DNA from: Dendrobates tinctorius
Lineage: Eukaryota
Assembly (NCBI RefSeq): GCF_039654945.1
Contig: NW_027361821.1
Location: 21,576,001 to 21,640,000 of the forward strand
Length of the DNA: 64,000 nt
Direction of reading: 5' to 3'
A model generated the notes under the pieces. The model was not told the origin of the DNA and made no database searches. It worked only from the letters and a program-made list of their open reading frames with translations. Positions 39,873-52,005 of this stretch are shown here, one piece after another. Within the stretch, counting starts at the first letter, position 1. Each line of letters opens with the position of its first letter. The translations under genes and the position numbers were made by a program.

Positions 39873-41769
39873 GAGAGTGGAACTGTAACCAGGGAGCCCC
39901 TAAAAGAACCTGATCGATACCCTCGGGCATGACGAGGAGGGATATTGTCTCCTGATGAAACGGAGACACCGAGAGTATCAACGGGGCGGTCTGGTGGGTA
40001 ATTTGTGAGGATAGAGTTGCGCCGTTCACCACCCTGACAGTGACTGTCTTGGCCATCATAACCAGGGGTATTGCGTGCCGTTGAGCGAATGCAAAAGACA
40101 TGAAATTGCCCTCCGCTCCAGAGCCCACGCAAACCTCCATCGCCAGCGTGGATGAACCAACCTCAAGCGTTTCCTTAAAGGTCAGTTTGGAGGAAAACGC
40201 CGCTGACTCTAGTGAGCCCCCTCCTATGACCACTAGAGGCGAGCGTTTTCTAGAACGCTGTGGGCACCGGTTGGCAAGGTGACCAGACTGCCGGCAAACA
40301 TGGCAGACCACAGGTGCTTGCGCCGACCGGGACCTGAATCCCGCGCGAGGAGCCCCCAAGGCCCCTGAGGCTCACACGTCCAATCAGGAGGTTCCAAAGG
40401 ATTAAACTAGGTGCCAACCTAAACCTCTGCGTATACTGGGCCCGTTCCAACCCTCGCTCAACGAAGCGATGGTCTATACGGGTAGAGACGGTAATAAGCT
40501 CTTCCAGTGTGGCGGGAATCTCCATGGTGGACAGAGCGTCCTTCACGTGGTCAGCCAGACCTCTCCAGAACACTGGGATAAGGACCTTGTCTGGCCACTC
40601 CAGCTCAAAGACCAGGGTCCAGAACTGGATGGCATAATGGCTGACCAAGGATGAGCCCTGTGACAGTGCAGCAGCTGGAGCGCGGTGTCATGGGTGACTC
40701 GCGGTCCCAGGAAGACCTGCTTCAGAGAAGCCAAGAACCGCGAGGCACTCTGACCACATGATCACCACACTTCCACAGCGGTGTGGCCCACTCCAAAGCC
40801 CTGCCCGACAAGAGGGAAACTACAAATCCCACCTTAGCCCGCTCGGAGGGGAATCGAGCAGCCAGCAGCTCAAGCTGAATAGCACAATGGCTGATGAAAC
40901 CCCTACAAGAAACACCATTGCCCGAGAACTTTTCAGGGAATGGAAGGCGGGACATAGTCGGGGCAGGGATGGCAGTGGTCACACGGGAGGCAGCCTCCGT
41001 AGCTGCCTGAACAGTGACCGCGGTTACATCCACGGCCGAGGTTGAGTGCTCGAGAGCCGCCAACCTGCCCTCCAGCTGCTGGATGCACCTGAGAAGTCGC
41101 TGTTTGTCCGCCATTACTAGCCAGACCCTGGCGCTAGTATAATGTTACGGGCTGGCGGAACACACCAAATAATAAAGAAGGTATAAGGTGCGTTCGCAGC
41201 CCGGGGTCCACCGTGCAGAGATGGTAACTGCTGCTCGGTAATGGCGGACGTTATATGGCTGTGTAATAGAGGAACACAAGGGGTTAACTCCACCTAGTGT
41301 GTACAGAGGCGGACTCTGTTTCCTCACAGAGCAGCCCGACTGCCAAACACAAATGCCGCAGCCTGTTTATGCTCACAGAGCTCGGCAATGTGAGCACTAG
41401 TGTATAGACACAGAGGACTCTACCCCTGATACACTGGGTTAGAGTCCCTCTAGTCACACTAATGCTTGGCACTGCATCCGTGATCCCTGAACAGACACCT
41501 ATAGGATGCTGTGCCCTGTTAGAAGTCACAGGGTACAGCTGAACGTTGCTTACCACACAACGCAGCTCTGGCGGACGCCACTAACCAGGCCAAACTCAGG
41601 CCTGGAAAGTGCATAGGACGCGCATGGCGCCGCACTAACGGATGCTGCAGTACCTGCGGTAGCGTGGTGCCTTTGATTGACAGTTTACTCTGCATAGATG
41701 CGCTGCAGGGCTGACTGTTAGTCAAAGTGCTAGGGCGTGACTACAGCTGCTGCACACAGGATAGCGAGT

Positions 41770-42145
41770 ATAGCGGTTTTAGAAGACACTTTCTTCAAGC
41801 AGTGGTACAGGAATTATCTGCATCTTCCAAGAAAACCACGACTTTTATGCAGGTGCATGCTCCATCACAGCATCGAAGACTCCACTGCTTGACTGCCAGT
41901 AAAGGCCTTATAGCTTAAAAAAATGACATAGCCCATTCTTTTTCTGACCTAACCCCTACTGAGAACTTGTGGACCCATCTTAAATGGGAAATTTATGGAG
42001 AAGGAAAAACAGTACATCTCTCTGAACAGTGTCTTGGAGGCTGTGCTTGGTGCTGCCCAAAAAGTTGATCATCAACAGATTTACAAAACTGACACACTCC
42101 GTGAATGGAAGACTTATGATTGTTAATAAAAACAAGGGTGGTGCA
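41770..42145 (+). pseudogene. Old Tc1 transposase 3' fragment
   Basis: Frame-broken LEDTFFKQWYR..., FMQ.HAPS and SDL.PTENLW-like motifs. Confidence 0.6.
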
Positions 42146-44106
42146 AACATTTATATGGGGGACCTAGCCACTAGTTATATCATACTAGAATTGTATAGTT
42201 TAACTCAATATTTTATCACAAATCAACTTTTGATAATTAAATGAGGGCGCTTCAGTGCTCCCTTGGCATGGCCTTGGACTTGATGCACCGTTAAGCCCTT
42301 CTATTTGCATAATAAAGCAGGTACCTTATAGTGATTGACATGTCTCTGAACCCGAGAGTGAATGTTGTGTCATATCATTTCATGTGTCTGTGGCTGTGCA
42401 CCCATACTGGATGAGCTCTGATGCCAAGCTCCTGCATGTCTGTGGCCACCACTTCCTGGACTCGGAAGTGTAGGGAGCAAGCAGCTTCTGTGAGGAGGAG
42501 AAGGTGTTCTGACACATAGCTGCTGTCTGTGTGGCGCCCTGCATCTTTACTGCCACAAAAGGGTTAAATATGTACTGTTTTGTATGTGTTTTGTGAGCAA
42601 TGGAAGTTATGCTTTCTCTGCTAGAGACCACAACACACACACAATTTGCCTCACTTGTCTGAAGCTGCGAGCTTTGCAGACATACCCTAACTGGGAGGGG
42701 CCGAGTGGTTGTTTCAGTGAACAAGAAGGAGGAAGAACGTATTGGAGGCCATGTTAAGACATGTGCTTGATCCAGGAGTGAGAGCTAAGAAGCATCAGCG
42801 TGTCAGTCCCTAGACCATCCATGCTTTTTTAATTTATTTTCATTAGGGTATATACACATTGTTTTTTCCTTTGGTTTTGCTTGTTTTTATGGCCAGTGTG
42901 AACATGCTCTTACATCATGCATGTCATTCAAGTCTACTCCAGTTCAGTTTTTTGTGTTTCTTTAGAATTTTTGTATTCAGTACAAATAGGGTGTGGCCTC
43001 CTTTCTACTGAGCTGTGTAGTTCATTTATAGTCCCTCTAAGCTGGGTGTCCGTTTGAGACCCAGAGACTCTGCCACTATTCACACTAGGTAGGTTTTACC
43101 GTTAGTGTAGTTATTGTCTCAAATGGGTACACCTTGCCGTGGTGGGACAGCTTTACACTTTTTTGATCAAAATAGTGTTTACCAAGTACCCTATGTTATT
43201 TAATGCACTTGCTTTTTTACTTATTTATTTTCATTAGGGTATATACACACTGTTTTTTCCTTTGGTTTTGCTTGCTTTTATGACCAGTGTGAACATGCTT
43301 TTACATCATGCATGTCATTCAAGTCTACTCCAGTTCAGTTTTTTGTATTTCTTGAGATTTACAAAACGGACATACTCCGTGAATGGAAGACTTATGATTG
43401 TTAATGAAAACAAGGGTGGTGTAAACATTTATATGGGGGACCTAGCCCCTATAGTTATATCATACTAGAAGTGTATAGTTTAACTCAATATTTTATCACA
43501 AATCAATTTTTGATATTTAAATGAGGGCGCCTCAGTGCTCCCTTGGCATGGCCTAGGACTTGATGCACCATTAAGCCCTCCTATTTGCATCATAAAGCAG
43601 GTACCTTATAGTGATTGACATGTCTCTGAACCCGAGAGTGAATGTTGTGTCATATCATTTCATGTGTCTGTGGCTGTGCACCCATACTGGATGAGTTCTG
43701 ATGCCAAGCTCCTGCAAGTCTGTGGCCACCACTCCCTGGACTCGGAAGTGTAGGGAGCAAGCAGCTTCAGTGAGGAGGAGAAGGTGTTCTGACACATGGC
43801 TGCTGTCTGTGTGGCGCCCTGCATCTTTACTGCCACAAAAGGGTTAAATATGTACTGTTTTGTATGTGTTTTGTGAGCAATGGGAGTTATGCTTTCTCTG
43901 CTAGAGACCACAACACACACACAATTTGCCTCACTTGTCTGAAGCTGAGAGCTTTGCAGACATACCCTAACTGGGAGGGGCCGAGTGGTTGTTTCAGAGA
44001 ACAAGAAGGAGGAAGAACGTATTGGAGGCCATGTTAAGACATGTGCTTGATCCAGGAGTGAGAGCTAAGAAGCATTAGGGTGTCAGTCCCTAGACCATCC
44101 ATGCTT
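42078..44106. repeat. Local duplication with 1280-bp offset (about 750-bp block duplicated around a 530-bp insert)
   Basis: Near-identical ORFs at 42380-42724 and 43660-44004; about 135-bp direct repeats at about 42827-42962 and 43222-43353. Confidence 0.9.
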
Positions 44107-44788
44107 TCAGAGCAGGGTGGTAAGCTGAGAGACTTCGTGGGATTATACAACCAGCAGAAAAGTGTTTTCCCTCAGAAAAAACTGCAACAATCTAGGATCA
44201 GTGACGGTAGTGCAAGTGGGAACTTGAGCTGCTTCACAAAGGATTCAAGCTGCAAGTTGCTGAAGGCAAAATACACAGTGAGTAGAGGCAATACTGGGAA
44301 GTTCTAAACTCTGAGAAGCCTTGGTCCCAGAAGGGATTAGAATAGCAGGAAGTTACACTGAGTCACAGCAGGGAAATATAACTCCCATTCTCCAGAGCAG
44401 ACTGTAACCTGGTGAGAGTTGTAATATCTCCTCTGAACTGCACCTGAACTACAGTAAATGATAAAGTGACTTTTCTTGTCTCCTGCCTTATTACTCCGTG
44501 CCTTCTACTTGCATCACAATCTCTGGGGGTCTGCCCTGGTTGGAGAGGGTTTAACATCTGCACTGCCATCACCATCTACTCCCCCAGGGATCATCTGCAG
44601 TGCCCGCTATACTTCAGTCGAACACTCCATCTGGCGTCACGAATCACTACATAAACTTTATCCCCATTCAATTCAACCCCTTTTAAATGACTGCCTGGGG
44701 CCATGGACCGGGTCACCGCCACTGTGACATCTCCCATTGAAGTTAACGGGCTCGGTACCGAGTATCCCACGGCCCCTCGGGCGCGTCA
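43810..44788 (+). mobile_element. Solo Gypsy LTR inserted in a Kolobok-type MITE whose right end is at about 45155
   Basis: TGTGGCGCCC...GGGCGCGTCA with 4-bp TSD TCTG; a partial duplicate starts at 42530. Confidence 0.9.
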
Positions 44789-46855
44789 TCTGCTCAAACC
44801 AACTGTCAGAGTGTGCTCACACGAACACTGAGCTCCCGCAGCGCACAGCCAGTGTCAGTGCACAGACGCAATAAAATGATATGTCTCCGACCGTGTTTGC
44901 CCTCAGCTTCAGACATGTCACTAACTCACTATAAGGAACTGGCTTTATTATGCAAATAGGAGGGCATGACGTTGCACCAAGGCATCAGCCATGCAAAGGA
45001 TACACTGAAGCGCACTCATTTGCATATCAAATAAAAGTTGATTTTTTAATAAAATATTAAGCTAAACTATACATGCCTATTATGATTTAAGTAGAGGCTA
45101 CATCCCTCATATACATTCTTAGGCAATTTACAATGTTGGGCGTGACAAACTCCCTTTAATTAGCTTACTGGTACAGAAATGCTGTAGAAAATCTGCTATA
45201 CACAAAAAGCAACAAATTCATTGTGAGAACTTAGGCTAACAAACACATCAGAACTGTCAGGTCCATCTGGGTAAATATATAGCTCTATGTCTGTGTCCGT
45301 AATAGAGCAGTAAAATCTTATATTCAGTAGCATTATGTCATGCTCGGTCTATATAATAAAGCAGAAAAGTATATATAGCACTATAGCGAGCAATATGTCT
45401 GTAATTAAATAGTATAAATAAATATATATTTATACCACTGTGTGAGACTCATGCAGCTGCTTTATTGCAGTGCTACTGGCCTAACTTAAATAGGAAGGCT
45501 TCTCATATGAGAAATCACCTTGTTCGCTGCCGCTATCAAATAATTTGTGTTGTGCTAAATGTGTCAATTCATTGTACCTTCTAGTGTTCAAAAGCAGATT
45601 TTTCACTAGATTTCACAACACAAACTTCATACATGAATATCTTACAGTTGATGAGGTTGGTGTACTTTATTGATCCCTCTCAAAATGGCTGTCAAGAGGA
45701 TACCGCAACAGATAGGGGCCAGAAGATCGCGGCATCTGGTTTCAAAAGCTCCTGCACTGGTTAGAAGTAGAGATAGGTGAACCCGAACAGTAAAGTTCTG
45801 GGTCCGTACCGAACACCTACTGTTTCGGCATGGACCCGTAACATGAACTTCACCAGAAAGTCCATGTTGCTGTTTGGGTTCGCCCCCCACAACCTGGTGT
45901 TTCTTGCTCTGACATCTGCATGACAGCGCAAGAAACACCAGCGGCTCTGAGGCGGTAAGATCATTAACACAGGTCAGAACTCTGAAGCACCCACGCTGTC
46001 AGAGCCAGTGCTGTCCTCACACAGAAATCTCCTTCCAGCCGTATGGTGACCTGCTTTTTCTTCTCTATAACCTTCTCGACCTCAGAACGCAACGGCAATC
46101 GAAAACTGTTGGAGATATAACTGGCTCTGGAGGAGTGGCACTTTCTACTTGAAGGCGCGGTTCATCCTTTAATTATCTACACGGACCACAAGAACTTGAC
46201 CTACTTGCAGTCAGTACTGCACCTAAATCTGCACTAAGCCAGGTGGTCTTTGTTTTTCTCCCGCTGTGATTTTGTCCGCCACTTCCACCTGGCAGACAAG
46301 AACATCAAATTGGACCCACTTTCCATGTCTTGTCTGTCTTCTGACCAGGAGGAGGAACCTCAGAGCACCATTGAACTCTCCAACTTGCTTACTATCACTC
46401 CACCAGACTTGTCTCAGGTTCCACCTGGAAAAACCTTTGTCTCCGAAGCAGACACGAAGTGGGTGCTTCACTGGGGTTACTCATCCAAATTAGCTGGTCA
46501 AGCCAGACAGAAGAAAACAATTCTTCTCATTCCACGGTACTATTGGTGGCTATCACTGCGCAAGGATGTTGCGTATTTCATCATGGCCTCTCCCCTCTGT
46601 GCCCAGAAGAAGACTCCAAAACAGCTTCCCACACGCCAGTTACTTCTGTTGCCCATATCATGTGCTCCCTGGCTGCATATCGCAATGATCTTTATCACCG
46701 GTCTTCCAGTATTGGCCAGAAGTACCCTCATTTGGGTAGTTGTGGATCGCTTTTCTTTCTAAGATGGCCCATTTTAAATCTGCTCTCCAGTGTTCTTTCT
46801 GCTTCTGTGATTGCTGAGATGTCATTCAACATATTTTTCGCCTCCATTGGGTACC

Positions 46856-47694
46856 TGTTGTGAATTCGCTTTCTGGCCTACCTATGGTTACTAGTGAAGG
46901 TAGTGGAGCTGGTTATATTGATAGAGGGGTCGTGAGTTCTCCTTTCAGGCTCCCTGTGGTGGAGACCTGCCACCTGATAATAAGGCGGATGACTAGAGAT
47001 CTGGAGTTTCTGACTGGATTTAAGACAGCCGACTCCCTCTATCCCTGCTGGTGATTTTTTCCTGCCTCTTGAGGTCTTAGTTTCCAGCTCAGTCCCTGCA
47101 TGGTCAGCTAAGTGTTCTTTTGCTATTGTTCACATTTGATCTGGTTTTGTCTATTTCAGTTTTGTGTGTTCAGCCAACTCTGACTGGGGCTGTGCTGAAT
47201 TTCCATCCTTATGTTAATGCATGTGCCAGTTTGTTTTTGGTCCCTTATTAGATTGGCCTCTTTTTGCTCTGCTTTCAGGATATACCAGAGTGCTGATATA
47301 GTGGGCAAAATCTAGTGACTTCAGTATTTTTCTATCAGACATGTTGGGCATTTTTTGCAGGGTTTTTTTGCCTGATGACAGACAGAGTTTTTCCTTTCCT
47401 GTCCTGTCTAGTTAGTGTGGGCCCCATCGTTTGCTCAGTCTATTTTCCTACCTGCGTTTGTGTTTTCATCTTGTCTCACCGACAATATATGTTTGGGGGC
47501 TATCTATTCCTTTGGGGTCTGCTCTGGGGCAGTTTAGATTTCCCCTTTCTTGCTTTAGGCTTATTTAGTTCTCCAGCTGTGTCGAGGCGTCTAGGATCAT
47601 CGTAGGTACGCTCCACGGCTACTGCTAGTTGTGTGGATAGGATCAGGGGTCTGCAATCCGCTTAGTTACCAACCTCTCTGGTTTTCTGTGGCTT
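46856..47694 (+). mobile_element. LTR-like insertion splitting the integrase of the 46010-49530 element
   Basis: Starts TGTTGTGAATTC. Integrase sequence on the two sides rejoins (ctccattgggtacc | gcatattgtctctgatagagg). Right end looks truncated. Confidence 0.65.
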
Positions 47695-48884
47695 AGCATA
47701 TTGTCTCTGATAGAGGCGTCCAATTTACATCTCGCTTTTGGAGGGCTACCTGCAAACTACTGTATGTCACCTTAGACTTCTCTTCTGCCTACCATCTGCA
47801 GTCCAGTGGCCAGGTAGAGCCGGTTAATCAGATCCAGAGCAACTACCTGTGGCACTTTGTCAATGCTCACTACACTCATTGGGCAAAACTCCTGCCTTGG
47901 GCCAAATTCTCATACAATAACCATGTGAGTGAATCCTCATCTAAATCCCAGTTTTTCATGGTTTACGGTCAACACCCCAATAATCCATTTCCTGTGTGTG
48001 CTATCACCGACATTCCTGATGCTGAAAATGGGCTTCTCTAAGATCTGGGAGGGCAACAAGATCATTTTAATTAAATCTTCTGAACGGATGAAGAGAAACG
48101 AGGAAAAGAAACATCTGGACCCACCTCTCTTTCACCCTGGGGATAAGGTTTGGCTTTCCTCAAAATATGTCCATTTCAAGCTACCCTCATATAAACTGAG
48201 TCCTCATTTCATCTGTCCATTTGAGGTTCTCAAATAGATTAATGCCGTAGCTTATAAGCTCAAACTCCCGAGCTCTCTATGACTCCCCAATTCATTTCAC
48301 GTGTCTCGCCTCAAGCCTGTAGTCTTCAGTCTCTTCTTCAAGGACCCAGATACCACCCCTGCTCCTGTCAACACTGAAGATGTTTTTGAAGTAGAGAGCA
48401 TTCTAGCTACTAATAGAGTAAGAGGCTAAACCTTTTTTCTTGTTGATTGGAAGGAGTTCAGTCCTGAGGAGAGGTCGTGGGAGCCCAGGAAGAACATCCA
48501 TGCCCTTCTCCTTCTGGAGAGATTTTTTGCGGGCTTGAAGAGGGGAGGCGTAAAGGAGGGGTACTGTTGCACTGGTGTCCCTGTACGCTTACTCCCTCCT
48601 CCGGCTGGGATGCTGACTTACTCACTGCTGCAACCCGTCCTGCACTCCCTCCTCTTTCTCCTGCTGCTGTTGCCTGTGGACTGCGCATGGCTCACAAATA
48701 GTGACGAGTGAGTATACTTGTTGCTCGGGTTTTCCTGAGCATGTTCAAGTGTCCTCCGAGTATTGTGGCGTGCTCGGAGATTTAGTTTTTTGTCAACGCA
48801 GCTGCATGATTTGCGGCTGCTAGACAGCCTGAATACATGTGGGGATTGCCTGTTTGTTAGGGAATCCCCAAATGTATTCAGGCT

Positions 48885-49290
48885 GCCTACCTGCCTGCAC
48901 TTGCCTGTGCCCACCTGTATGCCCTATGTACTTGCCGGAAAATGCCTGTGCCCACCTGTATTCCAGCCACACCTGCCTGCATCTGCCAGTGCCTGTCTGC
49001 ATTCCAGTCATGCTTGCCTGCACCTGTCTGTGCCCATTTGTATCCCAGCCGTACCTGCATGCACCGGCCTGTGCCCATCTGTATATCAGCCATGCTTGCC
49101 TGCACCTGGCTGTGCCCACCTGTATACCAGCTGTACCTGCCTGCATTTACCTGTGCCCACCTGTATACCAGTCGTACCTGCCAGCATCTGCCTGTGCCCA
49201 TCGGTACACCAACTGTGCTTGCCTGCACCCGCCTGCATTTGCCTGTGCCCACCTGTATACCAGCCATACCTGTCTGCACCTGCAGTGACT
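48885..49290 (+). repeat. About 39-bp minisatellite (cctgcctgcacctgcctgtgcccacctgtataccagcc) inside the LTR
   Basis: Visible tandem units; source of the Cys/Pro-rich spurious ORFs. Confidence 0.9.
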
Positions 49291-49768
49291 GCCTCTATAC
49301 CATCCGAGTCCGCTAGCACCTACCGCTCCTGGGGTCCTGCAGTGCCTGCCTGTGCCAGCTGAGCCCTTGGGGGTCAGCTGTTCTGTGTCTGAGGTTGCAC
49401 CTGGTGTCCATGTGAAGCCAAGTTTAACCCCATCATCAGGGGCTCTAGCAAAGAATCAGGTGTTCACTTAGTTACGCTCCTGCATGCTCTCTTCACACCA
49501 TGGCACAGTGGTTCCACTACTCCCGTTACACTGTCTTGCATACTCTGTTGGGCAGGTCTTCATTTTTCCATGTGTCACACAGAAAATCCATTCCGCTGTG
49601 CCATCTCCCTCTGTCCATGTGTTCACCCTTCCCTGTAGAATAGTGAATCCACCTCACCAGATGAGTCCTAACATAAAAAATATTTTTAAATGCTGTTAAC
49701 AAAATAACCAGCAAAATATCAGACCCATAATGTTTTATCTAATATATAAAGCTCAATGTGGGTATGTA

Positions 49769-50667
49769 CACTCACTGGCCACTTTATTAGGTACACCTGT
49801 CCAACTGTGTGTTAAGACTTAATTTCTAATCAGCCAATCACATGGCGGCAACTCAGTGCATTTAGGCATGTAGACATGGTCAAGACAATCTCCTGCAGTT
49901 CAAACCGAGCATCAGTATGGGGAAGAAAGGTGATTTGAGTGCCTTTGAACATGGCATGATTGTTGGTGCCAGAAGGGCTGGTCTGAGTATTTCAGAAACT
50001 GCTGATCTACTGGGATTTTCACGCACAACCATCTCTAGGGTTTACAGAGAATGGTCCGAAAAAGAAAAAAAATCCAGTGAGCGGCAGTTCTGTGGCCGGA
50101 AATGCCTTGTTGATGCCAGAGGTCAGAGGAGAATGGGCATACTGGTTCGAGCTGATAGAAAGGCAACAGTGACTCAAATTGCCACCCGTTACAACCAAGG
50201 TAGGCAGAAGAGCATCTCTGAACGCACAGTGCGTCGAACTTTGAGGCAGATGGGCTACAGCAGCAGAAGACCACACTGGGTACCACTCCTCTCAGCTAAG
50301 AACAGGCATCTGATGGCTACTTTCAGCAGGATAATGCGCCATGTCATAAAGCTCGAATCATCTCAGATTGGTTTCTTGAACATGACAATGAGTTCACTGT
50401 ACTCAAATGGCCTCCTCAGTCACCAGATCTCAATCCAATAGAGCATCTTTGGGATGTGGTGGAACGGGAGATTCGCATCAGGGATGTGCAGCCGACAAAT
50501 CTGCGCCAACTGTGTGATGCCATCATGTCAATATGGTCCAAAATCTCTGAGGAATGCTTCCAGCACCTTGTTGAATCTCTGCCACGAAGAATTGAGGCAG
50601 TTCTGAAGGCAAAAGGGGGTCCAACCCGTTACTAGCATGGTGTACCTAATAAAGTGGCCAGTGAGTG
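49769..50667 (+). mobile_element. Internally deleted Tc1 transposon
   Basis: TA-flanked perfect TIRs cactcactggccactttattaggtacacc. ORF MGKKGDLSAFEHGMIVGARRAGLSISETADLLG... jumps at about 50307 to QQDNA...PDLNPIEHLW, so the first catalytic Asp region is missing. Confidence 0.92.
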
Positions 50668-50689
50668 TATGTATGCATGTATGTATGTC

Positions 50690-51190
50690 CGAGATTGGCA
50701 TCCGCACCGTCGCAGCTACAGCCAAAAAATTTGGCACAGTCACACGTCTGGACCCCGAGAGCATCATAGGCTATGTTGTGAGGCGAAATTTTAACCCCGC
50801 GCGCTCCAATTTACCAAACAATTTTACCCCTATCTACATAATGGGGAAAAAGTGTATGTATGTATTGGCATCTGCACCGTCGTAGCTACAGCCACAAAAT
50901 TTTGCACAGTCACACGTCTGGACCCCGAGAGCATCATAGGCTATGTTGTGAGGTGAAATTTTAACCCCGCGCGTTCCAATTTCCTAAACAATTTTACCCC
51001 TATCTACATAATGGGGCAAAAGTGTATGTATGTATTGGCATCTGCACTGTCGTAGCTACAGCCACAAAATTTTGCACAGTCACACGTCTGGACCCCGAGA
51101 GCGTCATAGGCTATGATGTGAGGCGAAATTTTAACCCCGTGCATTCCAATTCACCAAAGAATTTTGCCTCTATCTACATAATGGGGAAAA
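50690..51190 (+). repeat. Three 170-bp tandem repeats inside the Helitron
   Basis: attggcatc.gcac.gtcg.agctacagcc at 50694, 50864 and 51034. Confidence 0.95.
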
Positions 51191-51686
51191 AGGGAAAGGA
51201 AATGTGTTGGAGGCAAATTGACAGCTGCCAGATGTGAACAAGGGGGGGCTTAAAGAATGAGAGCGATGGCGCCAAAGAGTATATACCGTACATTTGCTAA
51301 GGTGGGGCCCTGACATGGGATACTCACCACACACGGGGATATGAACACACACACAAAATGCGCCACACACTACCACGTGCTTCAACACATATACCACCCT
51401 CAGCACACATTTCACCACACATACACCAACCTCGCCACATAAAAGTCGAAACACAAAAGTCGCCACTGAAAACTCGCCACGCTGTCCCAGAGCTGTTTAA
51501 AAGATGAAAAATGAGCGGTAATTGGTTGCTATCAGCAACAGTTTTCTTTGTAGACAGTTGTGGTAACTGAGGTCTATTATTCTTATCATTTCTATGGGGT
51601 TATCGTCCTTCTGTAAAGCTGGAAATAACACAATTTATTACCGTGCTGACACAGACCACCCTCTGACACAGACTGCAGGGGGAGCC

Positions 51687-52005
51687 CAGTATCACACAGG
51701 ATAGGATTAGATACACGGCTCAGCAGTCAGTATCACACAGTATAGGATTAGATACACAGCTCAGCAGTCAGTATCACACAGGATAGGAATAGATACACGG
51801 CTCAGAAGTCAGTATCACACAGGATAGGAATAGATACACGGCTCAGCAGACAGTATCACACAGGATAGGATTAGATAAGCAGCTCAGCACACAGTATTAC
51901 ACAGAATAGTATTAGATACACGGCTCAGCAGACATTATCACACAGAATAGGATTAGATACACGGCTCAGCAGTCAGTATCACACAGGATAGGATTAGATA
52001 CACGG
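51687..52005 (-). repeat. 41-bp satellite (same family as 2528-4597), about 8 copies, reverse orientation
   Basis: cagtatcacacaggataggattagatacacggctcagcagt units. Confidence 0.95.

Larger units (their letters stand above)
36825..41750 (-). mobile_element. Decayed sushi/chromovirus-type Gypsy element; most of the 3' LTR and integrase core deleted; right boundary approximate
   Basis: Matching LTR ends tgttacgggctggc...caccaaataataaagaaggta at 36825 and 41143. gag MADKQRLL...PEKFSG...RAKVGFVVSLLSGRALEWA; [27 protein letters not shown]; RH NYSIGDRELLA; IN GHFG...C..C. Confidence 0.9.
46010..49530 (+). mobile_element. Sushi/chromovirus-type Gypsy 3' remnant (RH-IN-chromodomain-like tail, PPT, 3' LTR 48565-49530)
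   Basis: ALEEW, TDHKNL, RYYWWLSL, WVVVDRFS, HIVSDRGVQF, GDKVWLSSK, SFHVSRLKP; PPT GGAGGGGTAC then TG...GTTACA. Confidence 0.85.
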
